In this document: piece after piece, positions 26,093 through 39,410 of the stretch
Layout of the letters: every line of letters begins with the position of its first letter
How positions within the stretch are numbered: the first letter of the stretch is position 1
Assembly: GCA_964016885.1 (NCBI GenBank)
Contig: OZ024740.1
Coordinates: forward strand, 157,170,001-157,234,000
Reading direction: 5' to 3'
Origin: Eledone cirrhosa
Lineage: Eukaryota
Length of the DNA: 64,000 nucleotides
Position numbers and translations under genes: made by a program
The notes under the pieces: model-generated
The model's input: only the letters and a program-made list of their open reading frames with translations
Databases searched by the model: none
Told to the model about the DNA's origin: nothing

Positions 26093-26156
<64 letters not shown>

Positions 26157-26166
26157 AACCAGTAAG

Positions 26167-26260
26167 ACCCCGACAGCTGAGCTCAAGCCGTTTCGACGGC
26201 TAATTCTGGACTAAATGAAAATTTATCCTGGTATTTAAATAGCCGATCTTCTCAAGGGGT
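26167..26260 (-). ncRNA. Type I hammerhead, variant core UUGAGAA, long stem II
   Basis: ACCCC-TTGAGAA-GAtCGGCTA...TAGCCGTC-GAAA-CGGCT tgagctc AGCT-GTC-GGGGT; GUC site. Confidence 0.72.
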
Positions 26261-27358
26261 AATTCCATATATGGTCAAAGTGATTGTCAAAAATCAGTAG
26301 TAATTCTGTGGTTGCAAATTAGTAGGGGAGATGGTGGCTAAACCTGCCAGTAGGAGAAAGAGGGGAGGGGGTGGAGTAGACCCAATCAAGCGTTGTAGTG
26401 CCAGCTACAGCTGGGCATGAGGTCAAAGAAGATACAGGGGAGGGGGAGGGGGAGGAAGTCGGAACGGTAGGTAGAACAATGGGGGGTAGAAATATATAGG
26501 AGAGAAAAAATACTGAGAGTGAAGAAAAGCAAATAAGTGTAAAGAAAAAAGTAAAGTAAATTAAATTCTACGACCTAGGTCTCAGGCTATTGTTAGGCTA
26601 GAATAAAATAAAGAAAGAAAGAAAGAAGTAAAGAAAAAAATAAATAAAGAAATAACGAAATAAGTAAAAGAACTAGGTGGGACGGGATAGGCAAGGACCC
26701 TTTTAAGAGGTATAAGTACGTAAATGATACGGTGACGGGTCAACAAAAGGGGCCAAAATACTAAAGAGACTACCACGAAATAAACAATAAAGGTTTCCAT
26801 CCCGGGCCAGCAACGACCCAGTGCAGCAAAGTGAACTTGTACGAGATAATAATTCTGAGTCCCGAGAAAAATATATACTAATGCTAACTCTAAAAGATCT
26901 AAAACAAGCTACATGAAAGTTCGTACGAAATAAAGGTAGAATACGGAGAAATAAATTCAGAATCCACCCCGCCCAGAAGAAAAGCGAAGCAAGAAATACT
27001 GAAACGAAAAAATAAGGCATAAGTGCCACTAAGAAATATAGAGGGCACAGAGAATAGTGGGAGCGGTCGGAAAAGGGGGGCAAGTATCCGGGGTCTAAGC
27101 CAACTGCTATAAAGGGCGGAGTCTGCCAAACCTATCATAGACTAGGGGAGGGGGTGGTGGGGGTACTAAGGCTACATGGGGCCAAAGGGCAGCCTCGGGT
27201 GGGCGAGAAAAGACGCCGACAAAGGAGAAGAGCTGGGGTCGAAGGACTAAGGAGAGAGGGGGGAAGGAAATAAAGGAAGCGATAAAAGAATACAAAGAAG
27301 ATCTTACGTCTTCCTTGGCAAGCAGGGGTTACCCATTGCAAAATCGGCAAGTGGGGTG

Positions 27359-28516
27359 TTATAGCCCTAGTCTACCCCCCCCCCCCGGGTCATTATGGGG
27401 TTTGAGGGCGAGGTAAGTCCCACGCAATCTATGTTTACATGCAGTAACCAGTTCATCTTTCTTGTTTAGGAGTTGGTCCGTCGAAAACAGCATTTGTAAA
27501 GTTTCCTCCGAGCATAAATTGCACGGACGGCGTCCTCCCGTGTAAGAATTGGCTCTGGACAGTAATCTCCAAGTGAGATCATAGGTGATGTTGTTGTCCT
27601 TGAGGTCCCATATGTGGCCCGAAAGTGTAGTGGCGTGACGCCGGGCCGGGTTTCGGAAGGTATGTCTATGTTGGTATAGCCGGGTCTTGAAATCACATGC
27701 GGTAAGTCCTATATAGGCTTTGTTGGAGGTATCCGTCCTCACGTTGCACTGGTAGATCACATTACGGTCTCTGCATCTATTGTCGAGTGGGCAAATAGAT
27801 CTATCCGGGCAGTTACACCTCCTGGTCGGTTCTCCACTGCTATTTAGGTTATTTCTGCCATCGGGGTTGAGTTTTTTGTTGTTAGAGGAGACGATGTTTT
27901 GTGCGAAGTTTGGTGTAGTGCTGTAAGAGAGTTTGATGGTATTTTTGTTAATTATGTTGTGGTAGCGGTGTTGTAATGGGAAGTGTTTTTCAATGAGCCT
28001 AAAGAATAGTTTCCCGATGGGAGTTGTCACCTCTGCGTTGTGGGGAGGATTGAACCATGTTACATTGCGTGAGCGGCGGTGTCTCCTGCTGGTTCCGCTA
28101 ATGGGAGCTGGACAGTAGGATATTTCCTCCCGGAAACCACTCCGCTTGAGGGCCTGGTTGTAATAAGGCGCATGTTCATCGAATATCCGCTCATTAGCTG
28201 ACAAACGGGATATGCGGAGGGAGATGTTTTTGACCAGGTTGTTTGTGATGTTCCTAGGATGGTTTGATCGGCGGTGGATGTAGTGCAGATTGTCATTAGG
28301 TTTCCTGTATGGGTAGTACAGGTCGTTTTCGAGGTCGAGGGTCACGTCCAGGAAGTTTACTCGGGTCAGGGACGTTTGTAGGGTTATTTTAAATCCCCAG
28401 TCGTGGAAGAATCTGATTAATTGTTTCCGGACCCGATGTGTACTACTGGGGTTGTACCCTTTAAGGGTAAGGAGCCCATCATCACGGTACAATCCACCAC
28501 CGAATGCAGGAAACAT
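27359..28516 (-). CDS. PLE polyprotein C-terminal half (RT from GLYRDDG, thumb, Cys linker, GIY-YIG); uninterrupted but 5'-truncated
   Basis: GLYRDDGL, VNFLDVTL, SNHP, WFNPP, CNCPDRSICPL, VIY...YIGLT, CNLCSEE. Confidence 0.9.
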   Translation of the reverse strand: MFPAFGGGLYRDDGLLTLKGYNPSSTHRVRKQLIRFFHDWGFKITLQTSLTRVNFLDVTLDLENDLYYPYRKPNDNLHYIHRRSNHPRNITNNLVKNISLRISRLSANERIFDEHAPYYNQALKRSGFREEISYCPAPISGTSRRHRRSRNVTWFNPPHNAEVTTPIGKLFFRLIEKHFPLQHRYHNIINKNTIKLSYSTTPNFAQNIVSSNNKKLNPDGRNNLNSSGEPTRRCNCPDRSICPLDNRCRDRNVIYQCNVRTDTSNKAYIGLTACDFKTRLYQHRHTFRNPARRHATTLSGHIWDLKDNNITYDLTWRLLSRANSYTGGRRPCNLCSEETLQMLFSTDQLLNKKDELVTACKHRLRGTYLALKPHNDPGGGGRLGL

Positions 28517-28786
28517 ATCAGTGAGTTTGGCTATATATTTCTCTCCTATATATTTCTACCCCCCCATTGTTCTACCTACCGTTCCGACTTCCTCCCCCTC
28601 CCCCTCCCCTGTATCTTCTTTGATCTCATGCCCAGCTGTAGCTGGCACTACCAACGCTTGATTGGGTCTACTCCACCCCCTCCCCTCTTTCTCCTACTGG
28701 CAGGTTTAGCCACCATCTCCCCTACTAATTTGCAACCACAGAATTACTACTGATTTTTGACAATCACTTTGACCATATATGGAATT

Positions 28787-28881
28787 ACCCCTTGAGAAGA
28801 TCGGCTATTTAAATACCAGGATAAATTTTCATTTAGTCCAGAATTAGCCGTCGAAACGGCTTGAGATCAGCTGTCGGGGGT
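28787..28881 (+). ncRNA. Second copy of the UUGAGAA hammerhead in the inverted terminal repeat
   Basis: Same fold as 26167-26260; core at 28792-28798, GAAA 28853, GTC 28873. Confidence 0.72.
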
Positions 28882-28972
28882 CTTACTGGTTCCTATTACC
28901 CACTCTACTACCTCAAGTATTGAGTACTTTGGTGCGTTATGGTCCACCTGGTTCCTTACCACATTTCCTTCG

Positions 28973-29135
<163 letters not shown>

Positions 29136-29235
29136 ACTTTTATACCGACAGCAGAGTGTTCCTATATTGTATTCCATCTTTTTATTGTTGACATAGTTTG
29201 ATTCATAATATTTTCATTCATTATTATACTTTAAT

Positions 29236-29441
29236 TGGCAGAGGTGGATTGGCAGAGGGTGGTGGATTGGCAGTATCGATAGAGGGTCGGACGCCATGCT
29301 TTCCAGCATAGTTACGTCCCTTTACGATCTGAGTTCAAATCCCGCCGAGGTTGACTTTGCCTTACATCCTTACGGGGTCGATAAAATAAAGTACCAGTAA
29401 TGCACTGGGTAATTGCTGGCCTTGTGCCTAAAGTAGAAACA
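29236..29441 (+). mobile_element. Young tRNA-derived SINE with Meta-like core
   Basis: A-box tggcagtatcg, B-box gagttcaaatccc, core gactttgccttacatccttacggggtcgataaaataaagtaccag; TSD attattat(a/c)ctttaat at 29220-29235 and 29442-29457. Confidence 0.9.
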
Positions 29442-29476
29442 ATTATTATCCTTTAATACTCATTTTCTTCTTACAG

Positions 29477-29546
29477 ATGCTGGAGTATCAACCAAAAACG
29501 GGGAATCCTGTGGATCATTAGAGCTCCATTGGTGCTGATTATTGTG
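29477..29546 (+). CDS. Exon of the class B GPCR, ECL2 to TM5
   Basis: Acceptor ttttcttcttacAG, donor GTAAGA, 70 nt, phase 2 to phase 0; reads CWSINQKRGILWIIRAPLVLIIV (class B CW...WII-x-x-P motif). Confidence 0.9.
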
Positions 29547-29654
29547 GTAAGAAGTGATTAATATTTCTGTTATTGTTGTTGTCATTTTAAAATAGATAAA
29601 TGTAATACACTTACACACACACACACATAAATATATATATAAATATATATACAT

Positions 29655-29708
<54 letters not shown>

Positions 29709-32394
29709 AGTGCTTAAACTGATGAACCAATAATAACTAAATGTTACGCATCAATAAAGTACGTGCTGACTTAAAAACTGATTTTAACTCGAGGAAACTA
29801 TGAAGGACCATAAAGAGAAAAAATGTTTTTGAATTGATATGAGAATTCCATCAAATCGTAACATCGAAAGGGTTCGGAAAGCTCAGTAACTATAAAGTTT
29901 GGCATCTTTATGTGATAGTTGGGGCAGATACTTGGAAAGCCATCTCTGCAAGAGATGGCTTTGCAAGTGTCCGTGTCTTGAGAAAGGCATTATCAATTTT
30001 AAATCATTGAAAATATATTTACTGTTGTTTATACCATTGTGGAATCATTTGTATGACGATTTATTGTAGAATATGTGTATTATGATTTGGGAAGGAAGCA
30101 GAATTCAAAGGAAGTTACAAATGGTAATAACAATAATAATAAGTTGCAAGAACGAGGTATTGAATAAACATTATGTTTATTCACATGTGATTCTCGTTTC
30201 GCTCGATCGAGCAGCACAAATTACGATCAGATCGGTATAGATCGGGCCCGACTCTGCAATCAATATATTAACATCTGAATAGAGACGAAAGAAAATAAAA
30301 ATTATCGAATAAGCTTATTCCCTTCTTTCGGGTAAACGAAGTAATTAGAAGGATTTTTCCGGTAGATTATACAAGATAAATAAAAGATTTACAACAGGCG
30401 TATATTTTATCGACTTGGGAGCAGGTGTCGTAGTGAATTGGCTGATAGTGATCTGCAATAATGATTTCATCCTCAAACACAAGCTTGTTTAACTTGAAGA
30501 CATGAAAAATATTGACTGGCTCTTGACTACAGGAGATCATTGATTTCCCTTTGGCAACTGACCAATTTTAGCAAGGGAGTAGGTTTTTTTGTTGTTTTTA
30601 TTTAGCCCCAGGTCAGTCCTGTTCTAATTGGGTAAAATTACACTCAAATATATACCAGTCGTGCTCATCATAACTTTTTCCTGTGTGCCCCTGCTGTTAT
30701 ATGTTATATCCAATGCGTTCTTCCTTTCTTAAAGAGTGATATTTGCCTACTAATTCTAGCTGGTTAAGCCCCCCACGTAGAGAACTCCTCGTTGGCTCGA
30801 AAAAGGTTTAGTCAATACCAGTGGCATTTGAAGTTGGAATAGGTGTACAAAGACGATATTAAAACATTGAAAACTGGCTAGTCTGGCCTATTGCGTACCA
30901 TTTTTACCATTTTCACAAAGCAAAAATATATATTCATTATTAGTCATATAAGAATAGTAAATTGGCGGAGTCGGTCCAGCTTTGGAAAAAATGTCTTGCA
31001 ATATTTGATCTCGTTCTTTTTAGAATCCGAGTTCAAATTCATCCGCGTTTGACTGCATTTCATCCTAATGGAACCGATAATATAAGTACCTGTGAATTAC
31101 AGGGATCGATTTAATCGACTCTTCTCTTTCTCTTAAGCGCATGACTTTGTACCATGTGCCCATAACAGCCTAGTCACAGTGAAAAGTTGGATAATATTGA
31201 ACCATTATTTTTTCATATAGCTTTTTTCTTTACCATGTTCACTTCTAGACATAATTATGAATAAATAACAACTCTCAAGTTAGAAGAAGTGACGAGTGTA
31301 AAAGAAAGAATATAATTTTCAAAGATCTCCTCTCCTACATCTACAATTTCTGTACTAATTATATGGACTTTACACCATCACAAGAATCAAACTCTTTACA
31401 AAAACACCATTTTAAAAGAGATTTTGTATCTTATGGTTCAGTATAAACTTCAATTTTATAGTTCTCAAAATAACTGTGGAATGTCCACAAGCACTGCTAA
31501 GTATTATACATAACATTCAAAGTCTTCTGGTTTACTTGTGCCAGATTCTTATCTGAAGGGGAGCAATTAACAGTCATTAGCATGTCGGATTAAATACTAT
31601 GGTATTTGTTCCGACTTATTCCTCGTTGAGTTTAAATCACACTGAGATCAACTTTACGTTTCATCCTTTCGAGGTGCATACATAATATACCAGTCTAGTA
31701 CTGGAGTTTATTCTTTATCTCGCTTTATTACTTTCTCTCGCTCTCAGAAAAATTCGCTGGGTGTAGATGTTGTTTACCAAGTTTAAAATTCCAAAGAACG
31801 CCTTGTGTCAGGACGACACTCCTGCAACTCCATCGGGAGTTAAGGACCCTTCTCTTGCCAAATTCTCAGCTAGCTCATTTTTATTCAATTACAAGCTGAT
31901 TACTTTTGTTTCGCTATTTTACCGCTCGTATATATATTCCATTGTTGTAAAAACATTTTCACGGATATGATATTCTGCTGGCATATTTAGAAAGGTTATT
32001 ACTGTTGTTTAGTTCTACGTCAACACCAATTGAGCAGGCTTATGGTCAAAGGGACTCTAGCCGTGACTGCCCCGTTTTTATTCAGCTAGAGTATATTCAT
32101 GACCACATTATCCAATATTTCCTTCAGCTGGGTGTGATTTGAGAAATATTTGGCTTTGCATTTATCAGATTGGACAACCATGTAGATTCTCTTCCGCTGA
32201 AGAAAGATTGTAAGCAACAAGTCTTAGCTTAAAAACAATTTTCAAACTAATACCTAGATTTTTAAACTTGTGGGGGATCACATTAATGAGGTTTCTAACA
32301 ATTCAAATTAAGTAGTAAGCAGTGATGACACTGTCAAACAGATGTAAGTTTCAGTAACTTCATGTGCTGTTCGAATTCTTAACTTCTAGACACA

Positions 32395-32476
32395 ACTCGC
32401 CACCCGGTCTAGGGATCGAACCCATGATATTATGATCGTAAGGCCTAGTGCCATAACTAAAACCTGGACCACGGGA
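32395..32476 (-). mobile_element. tRNA-derived SINE head, different family
   Basis: Minus strand reads ccgtggtccagg...catgggttcgatccctag (A- and B-box like); too degenerate for a tRNA. Confidence 0.5.
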
Positions 32477-33126
32477 CTTCAAATAGACTTCAAACTATAT
32501 CAAATAAATCCACATAAAACAGCCGTCATCAATCTGTAGTCCGCAAAATTTGTACTGGTGTTTCGTGAGCTTGGTGCATAGACAGATCTTTCAAAAGCTT
32601 GGAGCCAGTGGAAAAAATCATTTCAATAAACGGGGTCATTAATTGTGAAAGCGTTGGGAATAACTGCTCTAAACTCTTTAAAGTATTGGCCACAAGTAAA
32701 TAAAACACAAATTCAACGCCAAAGGGACTTGAACCCAGAACATATAAGGAAAACACCAAATTAAATATGTTGTTTTATAATTGTGATCACTCCTCAACAC
32801 GCCTTGTTTTAAGTAAAAAAAAAGAAGGAAGATGTAAAGAAATAAAAAATATGACTAATGAATAAATAAATAAACACAATGTCAAAATATCAGTTAGTTG
32901 TTATTTGCGTATACGTTTAGGCATAAAATAGCTAAATTATTATATATCCGGTTTAGTTATTCTATAAACTTAGGTAATGTTACATCTTGTATTTATTTTT
33001 ATTTGTTTATTTATTATTTTTTTATCAAATTATTTCAAAGCAGTCAGCCATTTTAATAGAGATTTGCTGCCATTTTTTATTCAGGAAAAAATAAAATAAA
33101 CTAGCGATGTCTGATCAATGTTTATA

Positions 33127-33216
33127 TTTTTTTTCCTTATTTTTTTTCCTTATTTTTTTTCCTTAATTTTTTTCCTTATTTTTTTTCCTTATTTTTTTTC
33201 ATTATTTTTTTCCTTT
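33127..33216. repeat. Minisatellite of ~12-bp unit ttttttcctta
   Basis: About seven tandem units. Confidence 0.9.
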
Positions 33217-34214
33217 AATATTTTTTAGAACTTTTGCAAAGTTTCTCTTTTGCTATATTCTAATATTTTTTTTCAATTAGAAATACTGATGATTCATATG
33301 TTTTGTTAGGTTTCTTTTCTCCGACTATTAAAGTCGATTTTCATTATAAGCCATTTTAAACACAATCATACACTCCCCATACATACATACATACATACAT
33401 ACATACATACATACATACATACATACATACATACATACATACATACTAATACTCTCACACATGTAAAGCTAGCGTTTTTTTTTTATCTAAGAAATACAGG
33501 CGTATTTTCAGATAAAGTGAAACCAATATCAACATCATTAAACTCAGTGGAAATTTTCAGCTAGATTTATTTCTTAGCAGTTTGCTTGTATATTATTTGT
33601 TTTCCACACGTCTCTTAACGGTACAGAGAAAGAACGAAGACAACAAACAATCATCTAATTTACATAAAACATTCTGAATAATTACTGTTAACATTTATTG
33701 TATTTTCTAGTTTTTGTGCCAGCTCTAAAAATGTTTTTTGTTGTTGATGTTGTTGACGTTTTTGATATTGATATATGTAGTATTGTTGCGCGGTATGGGT
33801 TTGGGGTTATATTTTACATTCCTCGTATGGGTTCTATTTAAGTAGTCCAAGTGAATTAGCAATCACAAACAAGTTATTCTCACTGGTTACATATAATGAA
33901 AGGTATTCAACAAATGAAGCATTGGGAGTTTCGCATGCTAACACGCGTACATCTAATATAGTTGTGTTTCACAATATTTTATATAATGAGTTGAAGAAAT
34001 TTAAGCAACTACGATTATCCTCCGAACAAGTCGATGAAATTACAAACAAGAGAAATAACTACAATAAAATCTGTTTAACTAATAATTTGAGAAAATATTA
34101 CCAGTGCATATTAAAATAGATTTTGTTTTTAAAGACTCCATCATCAGTGAAGCGTATTTTGGTTAGTTAGGAAAACTCAGAATGATTATGTACATATGTA
34201 TATATATATATGTA

Positions 34215-35227
<1,013 letters not shown>

Positions 35228-35235
<8 letters not shown>

Positions 35236-36010
35236 GACATAAAATAAGAAAATTATAAAAATTAACTTACTTACTAAAATTTCACTCCAACTAATTAGTT
35301 TCTGAAAGGGAATAAACATGGTTTCCGAATGGAACACATGGAGAATGCCTTTCGTCATCAGGAAGTCAATTCTCAGCTAAGTTCCCAGGCGATGCGTGGA
35401 CACAGGGAACTTATACAAAAATAATTCAGTGGGTGGAAAAAAGCAAGCGAGGACTAAATTCCAAGACATTGAAAAAATCACTGCCTACTTGGTCGGTGGC
35501 AAATTCAAAAGAATCAATCACGTGACATCGAGGTTAATCAGTGAGGAGTGGGGTGTTAAGAATACAGTAGCTGAACTATTACTATGAACAGTTTTGGCAA
35601 ATTTTTGCTCAACAAAATAATTTGGAGATAATTATATAGAATTAGTATATCTACCAACATATATATACAGATGCATACCTATGCTAGCAAATATATAGGA
35701 TTTGTCTTAAATTAACTTTTGTCTTAAATTAACTTACTTACTAAAATTTCACTCCAACTAATTAGTTTCTGAAAGGGAATAAACATGGTTTCCGAATGGA
35801 ACAGATGGAGAATGCCTTTCGAAACTAATTAGTTGGAGTGAGATTTTAGTAAGTAAGTTAATTTTTATAATTTTCTTATTTTACGTCTTTCATATAATTG
35901 TTCTGCATCCCCTTGCATTGAACCACAAAGTTACTAAGACAAAACATATATTTGCTAGCATAGGTATGCATCTGTATATATATGTTGGTAGATATACTAA
36001 TTCTATATAT
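35228..36010. mobile_element. PLE terminal-repeat relic with nested direct and inverted duplications
   Basis: 35260-35353 repeated directly at 35727-35820; 35228-35302 inverted at 35821-35895; 35634-35709 inverted at 35935-36008; (TA)n both sides. Confidence 0.75.
35284..35366 (-). ncRNA. Type I hammerhead with long stem II
   Basis: ACTTC-CTGATGA-cGAAAGG...CCTTTCa-GAAA-CTAATTA-GTT-GGAGT; palindromic stem III AACTAATTAGTT, GUU site. Confidence 0.65.
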
Positions 36011-36017
36011 GTATATG

Positions 36018-36110
<93 letters not shown>

Positions 36111-37057
36111 ATGTGGTAAAGATGTAAAGATAGATATGAGTGTTTTACTTATAACCATATAATATACAATATACGATCTGCAGACAATATATATTACGCT
36201 GGAACCTGATTCTGCAATAGAGAGAAAGCAACGGCGTTTTCCTTCTGAGATAGTGAGATATGAGATACGCATCTGGTACGACATATCACAGACATATCTG
36301 TCTATGTATTCGTAAGCAACACATTATGCTAGGCTTTTGGCGCGATATTGAATAAAATCCCTGGTAAGAGACAATTCTTTTTTTTAGAATTACCATAAGT
36401 AATGTATAATCCAATAATGAAAGAAATACCTTTCTAAAACCAGAAACTATATCATACTTTTTATCGGCATTTGTCTTCTTAGAAGCTGGTGCTTGCTGAT
36501 TCGTTTTCGTGAGTTCTCAGTACCGGTCATTCATATGGTTGGCGATTTGTTTGTAGATGTGTCTATATGTAATATTGTATATGAATATATAAATGAATAA
36601 ACATTGTTGTCTATGATCGGGACGAAGCGAGAGTATATCTGAATTCATAGAAAATTGAGAAAAGAATAGCTGTTAAAACTGCCAAATGTTGTCAATAACA
36701 GCGTTGGGTAAAACTATATCAGAGGACAGAAATCAGTGGCTAGTGGTCGGTAGATAGACAATCCACGAGGTGGGTGACAGACAGATGAAATATAGAAATA
36801 GTTGAGAGAGGAGGGGGGACAAGGAGTAGGCGCATAGAAGTGACTAGAAGAAGGAAATAAAGAAAGGCGTTGTATGAAGACCGATGGAAGTGAAGATGTG
36901 TGTGAGAACTTGTCTTATAACAACCCTGTGATAAACATGCGAAAATCCAGAGTAACAAGTCTCACTATTTAGCCTTAATAAAATGGATATTTAAACTCTA
37001 CTTCGGTATTGAGTATTCTTTTCTAACAGCCGTCAACTACATACGGATATATATATT

Positions 37058-37193
37058 TATTTATTAAAATAACAGATTAAAGTTTAAGCAAAGAATCGCT
37101 GCTTTCACGCTTAACGGGATCTTCTGAAACTAACAAAGGTAATCTGTAAAAGCGATTCTTTGCTTAAACTTTAATCTGTTATTTTAATAAATA
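37058..37193. repeat. Perfect 43-bp inverted repeat with 50-bp spacer holding a degenerate hammerhead-like motif
   Basis: 37058-37100 vs 37151-37193; spacer on minus reads CAGAAGA-tcccgttaagcgt-GAAAGC. Confidence 0.85.
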
Positions 37194-37277
37194 TTTGCTC
37201 TACGGTTCTTATATATTTGATATATATTTATCCTTATCGAGCCCTCTTTGGATTTTAGTCTTCGAATTTATTATTAT

Positions 37278-37364
<87 letters not shown>

Positions 37365-37789
37365 TGTGTGTGTGTGTGTCTGTAGTTGAAAGTACCAACA
37401 AGAAAGGGCAAACTTTATATATGCAAATAAAACTAATATTGTTTATTGATTCATTCATACACACAATATTTCATTTTCAACTATTGCTTTCATAAGTTAA
37501 CACACCCTGTAGAACTGCAAGCTATGATTGTTAACTCATATTTTCATTTAAATGTGCATACAAATGGCTATACAAAATTTTGTGAGAAAGCATGAGAAAA
37601 ATATTTCACTTGGAAAATATGAGAGGAAAAAATGTAAATGTTGCCGGTCTGTTGCACACACATATATTGTCACTATAAATATCGTGTGGACATACATTTA
37701 TCTGTGTAAAGCACAGTTCGGTCCTTATGTGAATTTTTCACATATCACTCATTCAATGTTATACGGTTTTAACTCTTTTAGACTAGCGT

Positions 37790-37823
<34 letters not shown>

Positions 37824-37899
37824 GCATGGCTGACTAAGAACATCATATATTTTCTTTTTCTTCTTTCTCAAAAAACTTCCTCTCTTCTCCTAGTTTCTA

Positions 37900-37935
37900 T
37901 CTTCAGATGAAGGACTAGCATCCGAAACGTTAAGA
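37900..37935 (+). ncRNA. Minimal hammerhead, U4 mutated (CAGAUGA)
   Basis: TCTT-CAGATGA-AGGActagcaTCC-GAAAC-GTT-AAGA; same family as 59742-59775. Confidence 0.55.
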
Positions 37936-38021
37936 GTCTTTTGTAACTCTATGAAGCGTTGAACTAATATAATGATATGTTGATCTCTAGTATTTTTCTC
38001 GTCGACTTTTTATATATACAT

Positions 38022-38096
<75 letters not shown>

Positions 38097-39010
38097 GAGA
38101 GCAAACTGCCTCTAGGTAGGGAGAGGAAATCAACCCTGAAAAGACTGCAGTAAAGACGGGATCGACACCAGAATCCTTGTCAACGGTCACAATTAATTAC
38201 TACCATAAATTATGGCTTATATGTCAACCCAGCATACAATTCGATTTTAAAAGTCTTAGCTTAGAAGTCTCTGTTAAGTCTATACCAACCATTGTATGCC
38301 GACACCCAAACACACGTTAGGTTCTGCTGAGACTTGTATTGGTCACTGTTCAAGGGACATGCTAACAAATTGCTATAATATATGTAATTTGTACATGGTT
38401 GTACACCTTGTACAATGTATCCAAGTATACCGTACTCATTGATGATTTTCAGTTATGATATACATACTGTATACCATCTGGAGAGGGATAGGCTCCGTCA
38501 AGTTTAAAATGCCCAAGAAACGCTGTATGTTAATACCACGCCCCTACGACTCACTCAAGAGTTACGGAACTATACATACTGTATACCATATAGGAAAACA
38601 TGTCCTACAAAGTACCTCAGGAAATTGTATTCGGTGCTCTTGTTCATAATTTGCATGTGATCGTGCCATCAGCTAAATGTGCCATCAGCTTAAGGCAGCC
38701 AATGGTGCCATCAGCTAAAGGCAGCTACTCAGAAACTTGTTTACCGTTTGGCAGTAAAGATTCGCGTATTATCATCGCCCTGTTCACCGGGCGGCCAGTC
38801 CACCGCGGCCGCCGGACAGCCAGCGCATAGGGCCCCATTTGCTCAGAGTAGTGAGAGATGGGGAGAGCGGGAGGGACGGAGGCAGTGGCAGTGCGAGTTT
38901 GGTTCTTTTATGTTCGTACCTGGTGTATATATAGCTTTGACCAGATGATCATTGTTATTGTTGTTGTCGTTGTTGTGGTGATTGTTGTTGGTGTTCCGCA
39001 TTTCAATATG

Positions 39011-39410
39011 CAGACATGTCAACTCTCCCCGTCGGATGTGGAGCTCTCCCACCCACTTTGGGGTGGGTGAGAGATGTCTTCTCTTGTGCAAATGAGTTTA
39101 GCTTTCATTATGTAAAATCTCCCCGGGGGCGGTGGATTGGCAGTATCGGTAGAGGGTCGGACGCCATGCTTTCCAGCATAGTTACGTCCCTTTGCGATCT
39201 GAGTTCAAATCCCGCCGAGGTTGACTTTGCCTTTCATCCTTACGGAGTCGATAAAATAAAGTACCAGTAATGCACTGGGTGATTGCTGGCCTTGTGCCTA
39301 AAGTAGAAACAATTATGTAAAATCTCCCCATTTTGCCTAATTTCTCCCCGTTTTAGGGCACTTTTTTTCATGGTTTTCCCCGTTTGGGTTTTTAGAGGTT
39401 GGCAGGTCTG
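39011..39410. mobile_element. Non-autonomous DNA transposon with ~16-bp imperfect TIRs and 6-bp TSD, interrupted by a SINE
   Basis: Left cagacatgtcaactct, right (reverse complement) cagacctgccaacctct; AATATG at 39005-39010 and 39411-39416. Confidence 0.65.
39125..39311 (+). mobile_element. Young tRNA-derived SINE with Meta-like core
   Basis: Near-identical to 29257-29441; perfect TSD attatgtaaaatctcccc at 39107-39124 and 39312-39329. Confidence 0.93.

Noticed and set aside
39125-39215. tRNA gene
   Set aside because: A and B boxes belong to a SINE head; no cloverleaf, and it continues into SINE core with TSDs.
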